Assembly: GCA_963763205.1 (NCBI GenBank)
Contig: CAVXNQ010000022.1
Span: 131,486 to 195,485 of the forward strand
DNA: 64,000 nucleotides
Origin: an uncultured delta proteobacterium
GTDB lineage: Bacteria; Desulfobacterota; Desulfuromonadia; Desulfuromonadales; DDH964
Direction of reading: 5' to 3'
Position numbers and translations under genes: made by a program. Shown here in pieces: positions 10,997 to 22,561 of this stretch; the stretch's first letter is position 1; each line of letters starts with the position of its first letter. The notes beneath the pieces were generated by a model that did no database searches, was not told the origin of the DNA, and worked only from the letters and a program-made list of their open reading frames with translations.

Positions 10997-13051
10997 ATGC
11001 TCGAAGGACTGACCCAGAACTGGGTACTCAAACTCCTCTCTCTGGTCTTCGCGCTGATCCTGTGGTTTTTCGTCATGGGCGAGCAGAAGCTGGAGGTCGG
11101 TTATGCCGTTCCCCTCGAACTGAAGAACGTCCCGCAGGGGCTGATGATCGCCAACGATGTCCCGAGCCTGGTCGATGTGCGCATCAGCGGCCCGCGCACG
11201 GTGCTGATGAACGTCAAGCCGAGCGATATCAGCCTTTCCATCGACCTGCGTGATCTGCAGCCCGGGGTGACGACTTTCAAGCGGCTGGAGGAACGGCTCA
11301 ACCTCCCCAGCGCGCTCAAGGTGACCCGGCTTTCCCCTTCCTTCGTCGACGTCAAGCTCGACCGCCGCAAGGACAAGGCCGTTCCGGTGAAGGTGGTCTT
11401 TTCCGGGACCCTGCCCAAGGGCTACCAGGTGGAAAAGCTGACCACCGACCCGGAAAAGGTGGTCGTCGAAGGGGCGGAGAGTGAACTCAAGGATGTCAAC
11501 GAGGTCACCACCGAGCCGATCGACGTCAGCGACGTGCGGGAAAATTTTACGCTTATGGTCCCCCTCGATTATCGGGGGAAGTTCACTTCGTTGAAGAACG
11601 ACCGCGCCGTGGAAGTCGAGGTGCAGGTCGCTCCGGAGGGTCGCCTTCCGGCAGCCAAAAAGGATAACGTAGCACAAATGAAGAGGAAGAAGCTTTTCGG
11701 CACCGATGGGGTGCGCGGGGTGGCCAACATCCATCCCATGACGACTGAAATGGCGATGCAGCTCGGCCGCGCCGCGGCCTATATCTTCAAGGACGGCCAG
11801 CGCCGCCACCGTATCGTCATCGGCAAGGATACCCGCCTCTCCGGCTACATGATCGAGAACGCTCTCGCGGCCGGCATCTGCTCCATGGGGGTTGACGTGC
11901 TCCTCGTCGGCCCGTTGCCGACGCCCGGCATCGCCTTTATCACCGCCTCGATGCGCGCCGACGCCGGGGTGGTGATCAGCGCCTCGCACAATCCTTACCA
12001 GGACAACGGCATCAAGTTTTTCTCCCGCGACGGTTTCAAGCTTCCCGACGAACTCGAACTGAAGATCGAGGATCTGATCTTCAGCAAGAAGATCGATTCG
12101 CTGCGGCCGATCGCCGCCGAGGTCGGCAAGGCTTTTCGCATCGACGATGCCCGCGGCCGCTACATCGTCTTCCTGAAAAATGCCTTTCCCCGCGATCTCG
12201 ACCTGACCGGGCTGAAGATCGTTCTCGATTGCGCCCATGGTGCTGCCTACAAGGTCGCTCCGGCGGTCCTCGAGGAACTCGGCGCCGAGGTGGTGGCCGT
12301 GGGAGTTTCCCCCAACGGCACCAACATCAACGCTGGTTGCGGTTCCCTCCATCCCCAGGTGCTGGCCGATGCCGTGCGCGAGCACCGCGCCCAGCTCGGC
12401 ATCGCCCTCGATGGGGACGCCGACCGGGTGATCTTTGTCGACGAGTTCGGCAACGAGGTCGACGGCGACCATATCATGGCGATCTGCGCCCGGGACCTGC
12501 TGGAGCGGAACCAGCTCGCCAAAAAGACCCTGGTCGCCACGGTCATGAGCAACATGGGGCTGGACATCGCCCTGCGCCAGGCCGGCGGTCGGGTGGTCAA
12601 GACCGCGGTCGGCGACCGTTATGTGGTCGAGGAAATGCGGCGCGGCGGTTACAACCTCGGCGGCGAGCAGTCGGGGCACATGGTTTTTCTCGATCACAAC
12701 ACCACCGGGGACGGCATGATCAGCGCCCTGCAGGTACTGGCGATCATTCAACGCAGCGGGCGGAGCCTCGCCGAACTCGCCGAGGTGATGGTCGCTCTGC
12801 CCCAGGTCCTGGTCAACGTCCGGGTCGCCGAGCGCCGCGAGCTGACCGAGGTGCCCGAAGTGCAGAAGGCGATCGCCGCCGCCGAAAAGCTCCTCGGCGA
12901 CAGCGGACGGGTGTTGATCCGTTATTCGGGGACTGAGCCGCTGTTGCGGATCATGCTCGAGGGGCAGGACAAACTGCAGATTACCGGGCTCGCCCATGAC
13001 ATCGCCGCCGCCATCGAACGTCACCTGGGTGGCAAAAAGGAGGAGAAGTGA
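10997..13051 (+). CDS. glmM: single 684-aa ORF: CdaR/YbbR-like domain protein (aa 1-227) fused in frame to phosphoglucosamine mutase GlmM (aa 228-684)
   Basis: The N-terminus has a TM helix plus YbbR-like repeats ([28 protein letters not shown]). From M228 (ATG at 11678, [14 protein letters not shown]) it is full GlmM, including the active-site serine loop (ASHNP) and a GlmM C-terminus. There is no stop codon between the two parts in this sequence. Confidence 0.75.
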   Translation: MLEGLTQNWVLKLLSLVFALILWFFVMGEQKLEVGYAVPLELKNVPQGLMIANDVPSLVDVRISGPRTVLMNVKPSDISLSIDLRDLQPGVTTFKRLEERLNLPSALKVTRLSPSFVDVKLDRRKDKAVPVKVVFSGTLPKGYQVEKLTTDPEKVVVEGAESELKDVNEVTTEPIDVSDVRENFTLMVPLDYRGKFTSLKNDRAVEVEVQVAPEGRLPAAKKDNVAQMKRKKLFGTDGVRGVANIHPMTTEMAMQLGRAAAYIFKDGQRRHRIVIGKDTRLSGYMIENALAAGICSMGVDVLLVGPLPTPGIAFITASMRADAGVVISASHNPYQDNGIKFFSRDGFKLPDELELKIEDLIFSKKIDSLRPIAAEVGKAFRIDDARGRYIVFLKNAFPRDLDLTGLKIVLDCAHGAAYKVAPAVLEELGAEVVAVGVSPNGTNINAGCGSLHPQVLADAVREHRAQLGIALDGDADRVIFVDEFGNEVDGDHIMAICARDLLERNQLAKKTLVATVMSNMGLDIALRQAGGRVVKTAVGDRYVVEEMRRGGYNLGGEQSGHMVFLDHNTTGDGMISALQVLAIIQRSGRSLAELAEVMVALPQVLVNVRVAERRELTEVPEVQKAIAAAEKLLGDSGRVLIRYSGTEPLLRIMLEGQDKLQITGLAHDIAAAIERHLGGKKEEK

Positions 13052-13773
13052 GCGTGGCCAAGCTGGGCGTCAACGTCGATCATGTTGCGACCGTGCGCCA
13101 GGCCCGGGGGATTAGCGAACCCGACCCGGTGACCGCCGCGGCGCTGGCCGAACTGGCCGGTGCCGACAGCATCACCGTGCACCTGCGCGAGGACCGGCGG
13201 CATATCCAGGACCGCGACGTGGAGATTCTGCGCCGAACGATCAAAACCCGTCTCAATCTGGAGATGGCCGCCACCGACGAGATGGTCGGCATCGCCCTGA
13301 AGATCCAGCCCGATGCGGTGACCCTGGTACCGGAGAAACGTGAGGAGCTGACCACCGAGGGGGGGCTCGATGTCTCCCTGCACCGCAATCTGATCAAGAA
13401 ACAGACCGACCTGCTGCGCCAGGGGGGGATCCTGGTCAGCCTCTTCGTCGATCCCGACCTGGAGCAGATCCGGATGAGCCACCGGGTCGGCGCCGACGGC
13501 ATCGAGATCCACACCGGCAGCTACTGCGAGGCCCGTTCCGCCGAGCTGCGCAGGGCGGAACTGGATAAGATCGAGACTGCGATTCGTGCCGCCCGCAAGC
13601 TGGGCCTGGGCGTCAATGCCGGGCACGGCCTCAACTATCAGAACATCCGCGATGTGGTATCCTTGGGGGGCATCGAGGAGTTCAATATCGGCCACAGCAT
13701 CGTCTCTCGGGCGGTGCTGGTCGGCATGGAGCGGGCGGTGCGGGAAATGGCCGCGCTGGTCCGCGGCGGGTAG
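13048..13773 (+). CDS. pdxJ: pyridoxine 5'-phosphate synthase PdxJ
   Basis: [17 protein letters not shown] and the TIM-barrel motifs. GTG start overlapping the glmM stop. AAGGAGGAG RBS. Confidence 0.9.
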   Translation: MSVAKLGVNVDHVATVRQARGISEPDPVTAAALAELAGADSITVHLREDRRHIQDRDVEILRRTIKTRLNLEMAATDEMVGIALKIQPDAVTLVPEKREELTTEGGLDVSLHRNLIKKQTDLLRQGGILVSLFVDPDLEQIRMSHRVGADGIEIHTGSYCEARSAELRRAELDKIETAIRAARKLGLGVNAGHGLNYQNIRDVVSLGGIEEFNIGHSIVSRAVLVGMERAVREMAALVRGG

Positions 13774-13776
13774 CCG

Positions 13777-14160
13777 ATGGCGGTCGTCGGGCTGGGGACC
13801 GACCTGGCGCGCAGCAGCCGTTTCCGGCGCCTGCTCGAGACGGGCAAGACCGGGGTCGTCGAGCGTATCTTCACCCCGGACGAACGCGCTTATTGCCTGC
13901 GCCAGAAGGATTCCGCTCCGCATCTGGCGGCGCGCTTCGCCGCCAAGGAAGCCTTTCTCAAGGCTCTCGGCCTCGGCTTGCGCGACGGTCTGAGCTGGCA
14001 GGATATGGAGGTCGTGCGCAATGCCCTCGGCCAGCCCTCGCTGCAGTTTACCGGGCGCGCCGCGGAGCTGATCGCCCAGCGGAAGGTTGTTGCGGTGCAT
14101 CTCTCCTACAGTCACGACGGTGACTACGCGGTTGCCACCGTCATTCTGGAGACGCCATGA
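13777..14160 (+). CDS. acpS: holo-[acyl-carrier-protein] synthase AcpS
   Basis: 127 aa with GLGTDL, RFAAKEA and a 4'-PP transferase fold. pdxJ-acpS synteny. Confidence 0.85.
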   Translation: MAVVGLGTDLARSSRFRRLLETGKTGVVERIFTPDERAYCLRQKDSAPHLAARFAAKEAFLKALGLGLRDGLSWQDMEVVRNALGQPSLQFTGRAAELIAQRKVVAVHLSYSHDGDYAVATVILETP

Positions 14161-15711
14161 AACTGCTCACCGCCCGGCAGATGCAGGAGCTCGATCGGCG
14201 GGCCATCGAGGAATTCGCGGTTCCCGGGGTGGTGCTGATGGAAAATGCCGGGCGCGCGGCAGCGGAACTCTGCGCGACCCGCTTTGCCAGCCGCTTTCCG
14301 GGACCGGTGCTGGTGCTCTGCGGCAAGGGAAACAACGGCGGCGACGGCTACGTGATCGCCCGCCACCTGGCCAACCGCGGCTGGCGTGGTCCGCACCCTG
14401 GTTCTCGCCCCTCGCGCGGCGATTGCCGGCGATGCCGCGGTCAACCTGGAGATCCTGCTGCGCAGCGGTGCCGCCGTCGAATTTCCCGCCGCGGACAACG
14501 AACTGGCGGCGGCGCTCGAAGGCCGCACCCCGCAACTGGTGGTCGACGCCCTGTTCGGCACCGGTCTGAACAGCGAAGTGCGGGGTCTTTACCGGCAGGC
14601 CATCGACTGGATGAACGCCAGCGGGCTGCCGGTCCTTGCCGTCGACATTCCCTCCGGGGTCGATGCCGACAACGGGCGCATCCTCGGCGCCGCGGTCCGC
14701 GCCGATTTGACCGTGACCTTTGGCTGCGCCAAGCTTGGCCAGGTACTCCATCCAGGCGCTGGACGGGTCGGCGAGCTGCTGGTCGCCGACATCGGCATGC
14801 CCGGTGCCCTCCTCGACCAATTCCCCGATGCGCTCGGTTTCGTCGACCGGGAGACGGCCGCCGCCCTGGTGCCGGCCCGCCCTGCGGACGGTCACAAGGG
14901 AACCTTCGGCCACCTGCTGCTGCTGGCGGGATCCGCCGGGAAAACCGGCGCCGCGGCGCTGGCAGCCGAGGGCGGGCTGCGCGCCGGCGCCGGACTGGTG
15001 ACCCTGGCGACTGCGGCCAGCGAACAGCCGGTGCTCGCCGGCAAGCTCACCGAAGCGATGACCGCCGCGCTCCACGAGACTGCCGGCGGGGTTTGCCTGC
15101 GGGCCTATGACCAACTGCGGGAACTCTGGGCCGGCAAGGAGGCCCTGGCCATCGGTCCCGGACTCGGCCAACTGGCGGAAACCGCGGCCCTGGTCCGCAA
15201 GCTGGTCAGTGATTGCCCCCTGCCGCTGGTCGTCGACGCCGACGGCCTCAACGCCCTGGCCGGACAGGCCGGGCTCTTGAATCAGCGGGAGGCCGCGACC
15301 ATCCTCACCCCCCATCCGGGGGAAATGGCCCGCCTGGTCGGTTCCACGGTACGGGACGTCGAGAACGACCGGGTGGAGGTTGCCCGGCGCTTTGCCCAGG
15401 ACCACCGGGTGGTGCTGGTGCTCAAGGGAGCGCGGACCATTGTCGCTTTTCCCGACGGCCAGCTGCGCATCAACTCCACCGGCAACCCGGGCATGGCCAG
15501 CGGGGGCATGGGGGATGTGCTGACCGGACTGCTCGGCGGCCTGCTCGCACAAGGACTGAAGGCGACCGATGCCGCAGTGCTCGGTGTTTATCTGCATGGC
15601 CTCGCCGGGGATCGGCTCGCCGCGCGGATGGGCGATGCCGGCCTGCTGGCCTCCGACCTGTTGCGGGAGCTGCCCGCCGCCCGCCAGGCTCTCACCAACC
15701 AGGAGATTTGA
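14157..15711 (+). pseudogene. nnr: bifunctional NAD(P)H-hydrate epimerase/dehydratase Nnr (YjeF N+C), interrupted by a 1-bp frameshift at about 14386-14390
   Basis: ORF 14157.. reads up to ...HLANRGW and then becomes nonsense. ORF 14386..15711 continues RTLVLAP... through to the ADP-dependent dehydratase domain ([11 protein letters not shown]...GMASGGMGDVL). An extra G in a GG run explains the shift. Confidence 0.8.
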
Positions 15712-15712
15712 A

Positions 15713-16162
15713 ATGCTGACTGCCCGAGATATCATGACCACCCAGGTCCATTCGATTGCGCCGGAGACCGGGATCGAGGAGCTCGCCCGCCAGTTCGTCG
15801 CCACCAACGTTAACGCCATGCCGGTCATCGACAGCGCCGGCCGGCTGTTCGGACTCGTCAGCCAGAGCGACCTGGTGGAGCTCGATCGGCCGCTGCACAT
15901 CCCGACGGTGATCGCCATCTTCGACTGGGTTCTCTACCTGGAGAGCGAGAAAAAATTCCGCGACGAGGTGGAGCGGATTACCGCCCGCAAGGTGGCCGAG
16001 ATCTGTACCCGCGAGGTCGTGACTTGCGCCCCGGAGACGTCGGTGGCGGAGATTGCCGAGCTGATGAGCGAAAAGCAGGCCCACCTGATACCGGTGGTTG
16101 AGGACGGCAAGGTGGTCGGCGTGGTCGGCCGGCTCGACATCGTGCGCAGCATGGGGCGCTGA
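15713..16162 (+). CDS. CBS-domain pair protein
   Basis: 149 aa with two CBS motifs (IMTTQVHSI...MPVIDSAGRLFGLVSQSDL; VVTCAPETSV...IPVVEDGKVVGVVGRLDIV). Confidence 0.8.
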   Translation: MLTARDIMTTQVHSIAPETGIEELARQFVATNVNAMPVIDSAGRLFGLVSQSDLVELDRPLHIPTVIAIFDWVLYLESEKKFRDEVERITARKVAEICTREVVTCAPETSVAEIAELMSEKQAHLIPVVEDGKVVGVVGRLDIVRSMGR

Positions 16163-16166
16163 GATC

Positions 16167-16658
16167 TTGCCGGACTGGCAAGTCCATAGTGACGGGCCGG
16201 AAACCACCCGGGCTCTCGGCCGATGCCTGGGCGCCCTGGCTGATGGCGATCTGGACATCTTTCTCGACGGCGAGCTGGGCAGTGGCAAGACCTGCCTGAC
16301 TCAGGGGATTGCCGCCGGCCTTGGCGTCCCGGGCGACGAACCGGTGACCAGCCCGACCTACACCCTGATGAACCAATATCAGGGGCGCCGGGTCCTCTTC
16401 CACTTCGATCTCTATCGTCTATCCGGTTCCGCTGAACTCGAAGATATCGGCTTCGAGGAACTCGCCGCCGCTCCGGGAGTCACGGTGGTCGAATGGGCCC
16501 AGCGGGGCATCCTCGGCGACCGTCCCGGGCTTTACGTCCACTTGGCCCATGGCGGTGGCGATCGCCGTACTCTGACCTTTAGCGCCCGCGGTGCGGGCGC
16601 CCACAAATTGCTGGCGGCGCTGGCGGCGGCCTGGGAAGAGAGAGGAGAGGCACGATGA
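16167..16658 (+). CDS. tsaE: tRNA threonylcarbamoyladenosine biosynthesis ATPase TsaE (YjeE)
   Basis: P-loop LDGELGSGKTCLTQG, then SPTYTLMNQY...FHFDLYRL. The start is uncertain: TTG at 16167 or an upstream ATG at 16098 that overlaps the CBS gene. Confidence 0.75.
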   Translation: MPDWQVHSDGPETTRALGRCLGALADGDLDIFLDGELGSGKTCLTQGIAAGLGVPGDEPVTSPTYTLMNQYQGRRVLFHFDLYRLSGSAELEDIGFEELAAAPGVTVVEWAQRGILGDRPGLYVHLAHGGGDRRTLTFSARGAGAHKLLAALAAAWEERGEAR

Positions 16659-18064
16659 CCGAATTCGACATCGCCATTATCGGCGGCGGTCCCGGTGGCT
16701 ATGTTGCGGCCATCCGCGCCGCCCAGCAGGGAGCCGGGGTCTGCCTCGTCGAGCAGGAGCGGGTCGGCGGCACCTGCCTCAACCACGGCTGCATCCCCAC
16801 CAAGACCCTTTACGCTACCGCTCTGCTGCGGCGGCGGCTGGCCGATGCGGCCAGCCACGGCCTGGACTGCGGCGAGGTGCGCTTCGATTACGCGACCGCC
16901 GCCGGCCGCAAGGACGCGGTGGTCGCGAAACTCGTCGGCGGCGTTGAGCAGTTGCTCAAGGCGAACAAGGTTGACGTCTTTCGCGGCAGTGCCGCTATCG
17001 AAGGTCCGGGGCGGCTGCGCATTCGCAGCAAAGGCGTGGTCGGGCACATCCGTGCCAAGCAGATCATCGTCGCCAGCGGCTCCCTGCCGGCGCGCCCCAA
17101 AACCCTCGCGATCGACGGGAAAAATATTTTGACCAGCCGGGAAATTCTTGCTATTAAGGAGCTTCCCGGCCGCCTGCTGATCATCGGTGGTGGCTATATC
17201 GGCTGTGAATTCGCCTCGATTTTCGCCAGTCTCGGCAGTCGCGTCACCCTGGTCGAGCAGCTCCCGGAACTCCTTGCCCGCAGCGATCGGCAGATTGTTC
17301 GTGAAGTCGAGAAGTCGTTCAAGAACCTCGGTATCGAGGTCCGCACCGAGACCTCAGTGGAGAGTTTGGAGGTGCGTGGCGAGACCGTCGTCGCGACCCT
17401 TGCCGGTGGCGAGGAGCTGACTGTTGATAAGGTGCTGGTGGCGGTCGGCCGGGTGCCGAACAGTGCCGATATCGGTCTCGAAGAGGCCGGAGTCGAGCTT
17501 GACAGGGGGGCGGTGGTGGTCGACGAGCGGATGGCCACCTCGGTGGAAGGGATCTACGCCATCGGCGACGTGACCAACCTGATCCAGCTGGCCCACGTCG
17601 CATCCTACCAGGGGGAAATCGCGGTAACCAATGCGCTCGGCGGTGCCGCCAAGGCCGACTACCGGGTGGTGCCGAGCGCCATCTTCACCCTGCCCGAGGT
17701 CGGCCAGGTCGGTCTCACCGAGGCCGAGTGCAAGGAGCAGGGGACCGCGGTGGAGGTCGGCCGTTTCGCCTACCAGGCCTCCAGCAAGGCGCTTTGCGAC
17801 GGCGAGCCGGGGGGGCTGTTCAAGGTCGTCGCCGCCGCCGGCGGCGGCGAGATCCTGGGGGCCGCAGCGGTCGGCGAGGAGGCCTCGACCCTCATCGCCG
17901 AGGTCGCCCTGGCGATGCAACAGCGGCTTACGCCGGCCCAACTGGCCGAAGTCATCCACGCCCATCCGACCCTTCCCGAGTTGGTCAAGGAAGCCGCGGA
18001 GGACTGCGAGGGACTCGCCGTCCACAAGGTCGGGCGGCGTCGGGACCGCCCAAATAGCGAATGA
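16655..18064 (+). CDS. dihydrolipoyl dehydrogenase-like pyridine nucleotide-disulfide oxidoreductase
   Basis: FAD-binding GGGPGGY, redox-active [13 protein letters not shown], an NAD-binding GGGYIG site, and a C-terminal dimerisation domain with HAHPTLPE. Confidence 0.8.
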   Translation: MTEFDIAIIGGGPGGYVAAIRAAQQGAGVCLVEQERVGGTCLNHGCIPTKTLYATALLRRRLADAASHGLDCGEVRFDYATAAGRKDAVVAKLVGGVEQLLKANKVDVFRGSAAIEGPGRLRIRSKGVVGHIRAKQIIVASGSLPARPKTLAIDGKNILTSREILAIKELPGRLLIIGGGYIGCEFASIFASLGSRVTLVEQLPELLARSDRQIVREVEKSFKNLGIEVRTETSVESLEVRGETVVATLAGGEELTVDKVLVAVGRVPNSADIGLEEAGVELDRGAVVVDERMATSVEGIYAIGDVTNLIQLAHVASYQGEIAVTNALGGAAKADYRVVPSAIFTLPEVGQVGLTEAECKEQGTAVEVGRFAYQASSKALCDGEPGGLFKVVAAAGGGEILGAAAVGEEASTLIAEVALAMQQRLTPAQLAEVIHAHPTLPELVKEAAEDCEGLAVHKVGRRRDRPNSE

Positions 18065-18114
18065 CATCGCGCGGCTTCGGCCGCTTTTCCACAACGAAGG
18101 AGGATAGGGTACCT

Positions 18115-19347
18115 ATGGCCCTGGTTGTCCAAAAGTATGGTGGGACGTCGGTCGGCACCATCGACCGGATCCGGAACGTAGCCCGGCGCGTGGCCAAGAC
18201 CTACGATGACGGCAACGACGTCGTGGTGATCGTCTCGGCCATGGCCGGGGAGACCAACAAGCTGGTCGCCCTGGTCAACGAGGTCTGCGAGTTTCCCAGC
18301 GAGCGTGAATACGACGTGGTCGTCTCCACCGGGGAACAGGTGACCATCGGGCTGCTGGCGATGGCCCTGCAGGCCATGGGCTACAAGGCCAAGAGCTACT
18401 GCGGCTGGCAGATCCCGATGATCACCGACAGCACTTTCTCCAAGGCCCGGATCGAGCGGATCGAAGACAAGAAGATCCGCGAGGACCTGAAGAATGGCAA
18501 CATCGTGGTTGTCGCCGGGTTCCAGGGGGTGGACCGGGAGGGAAATATTGCCACCCTCGGCCGCGGCGGCTCCGATACCTCGGCGGTGGCGGTGGCGGCG
18601 GGCCTCAATGCCGACGTCTGCGAGATCTTCACCGACGTCGACGGCATCTATACCACCGATCCGCGAATCGTCGCCGAGGCCTCCAAGCTCGAGAAGATCA
18701 GCTACGACGAGATGCTCGAGCTGGCTTCTCTCGGCTCCAAGGTGTTGCAGATCCGTAGCGTCGAATTTGCCAAGAAATACGGCGTGGTGGTCCATGTCCG
18801 TTCCAGTTTCAACGACAATCCAGGGACCCTGGTGACGAAGGAGGATGCCGATATGGAAACCGTTCTGGTTTCGGGAATCAGCTACAATAAAGACGAAGCG
18901 AAGATTTCCGTGCTGCGCGTGCCCGACAAGCCGGGGATCGCATCTCAGCTGTTCACGCCGCTGTCGCACGCCAATATCACCGTCGACATGATCATCCAGA
19001 ACGTCTCTCACGATGGTTTCACCGATCTGACCTTCACCGTTCCCAAGACCGATTTCAAAAAGGCGCTGAAGATCATTGAGGAGACAGCCAAGGAGATCGG
19101 CGCCTCCTCGGTGCGTACCGACGAGGCGATCGCCAAGGTTTCCATCGTCGGCGTCGGCATGCGCTCCCACTCCGGGATCGCCAGCAAGATGTTTCAGACC
19201 CTCTCGCAGGAAGGGATCAACATCCAGATGATCTCCACCAGCGAGATCAAGGTCAGCTGCGTCATCGCCGCCAAGTACTGTGAACTGGCGGTGCGCGTGC
19301 TGCACGATGCCTTCGGACTGGCCAAAAAGGACATCAAGCCGGAATAA
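18115..19347 (+). CDS. lysC: aspartate kinase (monofunctional, two C-terminal ACT domains)
   Basis: [13 protein letters not shown], and in the ACT region [15 protein letters not shown] and [20 protein letters not shown]. The ATG at 18115 lies inside ORF-track ORF 18061. Confidence 0.9.
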   Translation: MALVVQKYGGTSVGTIDRIRNVARRVAKTYDDGNDVVVIVSAMAGETNKLVALVNEVCEFPSEREYDVVVSTGEQVTIGLLAMALQAMGYKAKSYCGWQIPMITDSTFSKARIERIEDKKIREDLKNGNIVVVAGFQGVDREGNIATLGRGGSDTSAVAVAAGLNADVCEIFTDVDGIYTTDPRIVAEASKLEKISYDEMLELASLGSKVLQIRSVEFAKKYGVVVHVRSSFNDNPGTLVTKEDADMETVLVSGISYNKDEAKISVLRVPDKPGIASQLFTPLSHANITVDMIIQNVSHDGFTDLTFTVPKTDFKKALKIIEETAKEIGASSVRTDEAIAKVSIVGVGMRSHSGIASKMFQTLSQEGINIQMISTSEIKVSCVIAAKYCELAVRVLHDAFGLAKKDIKPE

Positions 19348-19386
19348 GACGGCGACGGGTGACGGGTAACGAGGGACAAGGAAGAC

Positions 19387-19414
19387 GCAGGGGCGACAAC
19401 GACGTCGCCCCTGC
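19387..19414 (+). other. GC-rich hairpin in the lysC-cimA intergenic region (possible partial terminator or attenuator)
   Basis: An 11-bp stem (GCAGGGGCGAC-AACGAC-GTCGCCCCTGC) with no U-tract. Confidence 0.4.
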
Positions 19415-19431
19415 GCTTAAGGGGAATTGCG

Positions 19432-21006
19432 ATGAGCCTGATCAAGCTTTACGATACGACGCTGCGGGATGGCACCCAAGGGGAAGATATCTCGTTTCTG
19501 GTCCAGGACAAGGTGCGCATCGCCCAGAAGCTGGACGAATTGGGTATTCATTACATCGAGGGGGGATGGCCGGGGTCCAATCCCAAGGACATCGCTTTTT
19601 TCAAGGATATCCGCAAGGTCACCCTGCAGCAGGCGAAGATTGCCGCCTTCGGCTCCACCCGGCGGGCCAAGATCACGCCGGACAAGGACAGCAACATCCG
19701 CACGCTGGTGCAATCGGAAGCCGATGTCGTCACCATCTTCGGCAAGACCTGGGATTTCCATGTTCACGAAGCCCTGCGCATTTCCCTTGAGGAGAACCTG
19801 GAGCTGATCAACGACTCGCTGGTCTACCTCAAGCAGCACATCCCCGAAGTCATCTATGATGCCGAGCACTTTTTCGACGGTTATAAGGCCAACCCCGATT
19901 ACGCCCTGCAGACGCTGGAAGCCGCCCAGGCGGCCGGCGTCGACTGTATCGTGCTGTGCGACACCAACGGCGGCACCATGCCGTATGAGGTCGGTGCTAT
20001 CGTCGAAGCGGTCAAGGCCCGAATCGGCACGCCGCTGGGTATCCACACCCACAACGACAGCGAATGCGCGGTGGCCAACACCCTCATGGCAGTGCACCAC
20101 GGCATCGTCCACGTCCAGGGAACGATCAACGGTTTCGGCGAACGTTGCGGCAATGCCAACCTTTGTTCGATCATCCCCGGTCTGAAGCTGAAGCTTGGCA
20201 AAGAGTGCGTCAGCGATGCCCAACTGCAGCGCCTGCGCGAGGTCTCCCGCTATGTCTTCGAGCTTGCCAATATCGTTCCCAACAAGCACCAGGCCTATGT
20301 GGGAAACTCGGCTTTCGCTCACAAAGGGGGCGTTCACGTCTCCGCCATCCAGCGCCATCCGGAGACCTACGAGCACATTCGCCCCGAACGGGTCGGCAAT
20401 ACCACCCGGGTTCTCGTTTCCGATCTGTCCGGTCGTTCCAATATCCTCGTCAAGGCGGAACAGTTCAATATCAACCTCGACTCCAAAGATCCCGTGACCC
20501 TCGAGATCCTCGAAGAGATCAAGGAGATGGAGAACAAGGGGTACCAGTTCGAGGGGGCCGAAGCCTCCTTCGAGTTGCTGATGCGCCGCGCTCTTGGGAC
20601 CCTGCGCCACTATTTCTCGGTGATCGGCTTTAGGGTCATCGACACCAAACGCCACGAAGACGACAAGCCCTCCTCCGAGGCGACGGTCCAGGTCAAGGTC
20701 GGCGGCAAGATCGAGCATACCGCCGCTGAAGGAAACGGCCCGGTCAATGCCCTGGATCATGCCTTGCGCAAGGCCCTAGAGAACTTCTACCCGCAACTGA
20801 AGGAAATGAAACTTCTCGACTACAAGGTCAGGGTTTTGCCGGCCGGGAAGGGGACCGCCTCCGTTACCCGGGTGCTGATCGAATCGGGAGACAAGACCGG
20901 CCGCTGGGGAACGGTCGGGGTTTCCGACAATATCATTGACGCCTCGTATCATGCTCTGGTCGATGCCCTGCAATTCAAGCTGGTCAAGGACCAGGAGGCG
21001 GAATAG
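19432..21006 (+). CDS. cimA: (R)-citramalate synthase / 2-isopropylmalate synthase family (CimA type)
   Basis: [11 protein letters not shown], the HxH metal site (HTHND), a LeuA-dimer C-terminal domain, 524 aa. The lysC-cimA adjacency is known from Geobacter. Confidence 0.85.
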   Translation: MSLIKLYDTTLRDGTQGEDISFLVQDKVRIAQKLDELGIHYIEGGWPGSNPKDIAFFKDIRKVTLQQAKIAAFGSTRRAKITPDKDSNIRTLVQSEADVVTIFGKTWDFHVHEALRISLEENLELINDSLVYLKQHIPEVIYDAEHFFDGYKANPDYALQTLEAAQAAGVDCIVLCDTNGGTMPYEVGAIVEAVKARIGTPLGIHTHNDSECAVANTLMAVHHGIVHVQGTINGFGERCGNANLCSIIPGLKLKLGKECVSDAQLQRLREVSRYVFELANIVPNKHQAYVGNSAFAHKGGVHVSAIQRHPETYEHIRPERVGNTTRVLVSDLSGRSNILVKAEQFNINLDSKDPVTLEILEEIKEMENKGYQFEGAEASFELLMRRALGTLRHYFSVIGFRVIDTKRHEDDKPSSEATVQVKVGGKIEHTAAEGNGPVNALDHALRKALENFYPQLKEMKLLDYKVRVLPAGKGTASVTRVLIESGDKTGRWGTVGVSDNIIDASYHALVDALQFKLVKDQEAE

Positions 21007-21008
21007 GT

Positions 21009-21563
21009 TTGCGATACCGGTCGGGGACGACCCTGCTGGTCATCGTGCTTTTGGCCTGGACGGTCCTGGAATGGAGCCGGCCGTTGCTTCGCCCCCGCGA
21101 GACGCCGCCGGCTCCCGCCGTTTCGGTGCCCTATGTCCTGCAGTTCGGTCCTGGTTTCCCTGTTCCCGGCGTGCATCAATTTTCTGACGCTCAATCGCCG
21201 CGAAGCGTCATTGAAATGACGAATCTCAAAATGGTCCCGGCATTGCGCGCCGACCCCTGTCTCGATATCCCCCTGGTTTCCGGCTCGGCCCTCGATCTCC
21301 TGATAAAAAACGCTGAAATTCAAGATGTTGTTATATCTTGGATGCCTGCCGGCCAGCGTCTGGCACTCGGCATGTCGCTGCGTCCCGACCGAATGGACCG
21401 GCGCGACTGGGAGTTGCTCCCCGGAATCGGGCCGGCATTGGCACAGCGCATCGACTTAGACCGTCAAGAAAATGGCGACTTCGGCTCGTTTGAGGGGGTG
21501 TTGCGCGTCCGGGGCGTGGGTAAGAAGCGAATTGCGGCCTGGAAGGAGTTTTTTGAAAAATAA
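21009..21563 (+). CDS. ComEA-like helix-hairpin-helix DNA-binding protein
   Basis: A signal/TM N-terminus and a C-terminal HhH motif (LLPGIGPALAQRI...GVLRVRGVGKKRI). Confidence 0.8.
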   Translation: MRYRSGTTLLVIVLLAWTVLEWSRPLLRPRETPPAPAVSVPYVLQFGPGFPVPGVHQFSDAQSPRSVIEMTNLKMVPALRADPCLDIPLVSGSALDLLIKNAEIQDVVISWMPAGQRLALGMSLRPDRMDRRDWELLPGIGPALAQRIDLDRQENGDFGSFEGVLRVRGVGKKRIAAWKEFFEK

Positions 21564-21725
21564 TTTTCCGGGAGAAACTTATTGAAAAACAAAAGAAAGT
21601 TGTCTCCTTCGCGGTATTAAAGAGTCGGCTGGTGAGAATTTTTCGGGAGCTGGCACATCTTGTGTAATTGGTAGAGGTTACCTTTCGCGATTTATCGGTC
21701 ATCACATGATAAGGGGGTAACAACC

Positions 21726-21881
21726 ATGAAATGTCCCAAGTGTAGAGGTCGGATGTACGCTGAAAAGTATTATGACTTCGTTCGCTCCTTTGAAGCATGG
21801 AAGTGCTGCGCCTGTGGAGAAGTCCTCGACGCCACGATCCTTGCCAATCGCGCCCGCAACCACAACCTCTTCCTCGGCTGA
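21726..21881 (+). CDS. small zinc-ribbon protein (51 aa; CPKC...CCAC), missing from the ORF track because it is under 60 aa
   Basis: MKCPKCRGRMYAEKYYDFVRSFEAWKCCACGEVLDATILANRARNHNLFLG. An AAGGGGG RBS lies 7 nt upstream and a strong intrinsic terminator follows. Confidence 0.5.
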   Translation: MKCPKCRGRMYAEKYYDFVRSFEAWKCCACGEVLDATILANRARNHNLFLG

Positions 21882-21915
21882 ACCCCGCGGCGCGACATTC
21901 CCATAGATGACCAAA

Positions 21916-21947
21916 GACCGGAACGAGTTTGTTCCGGTCTTTTTTTG
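21916..21947 (+). terminator. intrinsic terminator (GACCGGAAC-GAGTTT-GTTCCGGTC + T7)
   Basis: A perfect 9-bp stem followed by TTTTTTT. It lies between the convergent zinc-ribbon ORF and the PAS gene. Confidence 0.7.
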
Positions 21948-21983
21948 CGTGTGGCCACCGGCGCTGCGGGGCAAAGCGGATGC

Positions 21984-22430
21984 TCAGCTCCGGGGTGGCC
22001 CTTGGGCTTCGACCGTGGTGAGGCGCTGTTGCAATTCCCGCTCGCGCTGCCACTGGGCGGTGACATCGCGCATGATCGCCGCGATGCCGACTACGGTGCC
22101 TTCCTGGTCATGGACCATGACGATGGAAAATGCACAGGAGATCTGACGGCCGCCGCGACAGCGGGCGGGGACATTGAGCAGCTCGTCCGCGTAGCGGGTG
22201 CCTCCTCCGTTCATGACCCGCCGGTAGCCTTCCCAGTGGCGGGCTTGGAGTCGTTCGGGGATAATCAGGTCGAGGGACTGGCCGAGGGCCTCCGCCGCCG
22301 TGAAGCCGAAGATGAGCTGGGCACCGCGGTTCCAGAGGCGGATGATGCCATCGCAATCGGCGAGGATGATGGCCTCGGCCGCCTGCTCGACGATTTCCCG
22401 GTAGCAGATGGACCAGTCGAGAGGGTCCAT
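21984..22430 (-). CDS. single PAS-domain protein (148 aa)
   Basis: PAS S-box pattern (IILADCDGIIRLWNRGAQLIFGFTAAEALGQSLDLIIPERL...). The ATG at 22430 has an AAGGA RBS. The longer ORF reaching 22709 has a nonsensical N-terminus. Confidence 0.7.
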   Translation of the reverse strand: MDPLDWSICYREIVEQAAEAIILADCDGIIRLWNRGAQLIFGFTAAEALGQSLDLIIPERLQARHWEGYRRVMNGGGTRYADELLNVPARCRGGRQISCAFSIVMVHDQEGTVVGIAAIMRDVTAQWQRERELQQRLTTVEAQGPPRS

Positions 22431-22561
22431 GGCGGTATCCTTTCCGGCATCAGGGCGAAATGGCGGCGGTTCCCCTACCTGAAAAAGCTTAGCAAAAACC
22501 TCTTGGGTTGTCAGAGCGGGGCGGGTCGGCAGAAGGGGGGCGGGGAGGACCCGGCGGAGCG

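Noticed and set aside
17770-20760. Minus-strand ORFs 17770-19305 and 19417-20760
   Set aside because: Antisense to lysC and cimA, which have unambiguous conserved motifs on the plus strand.
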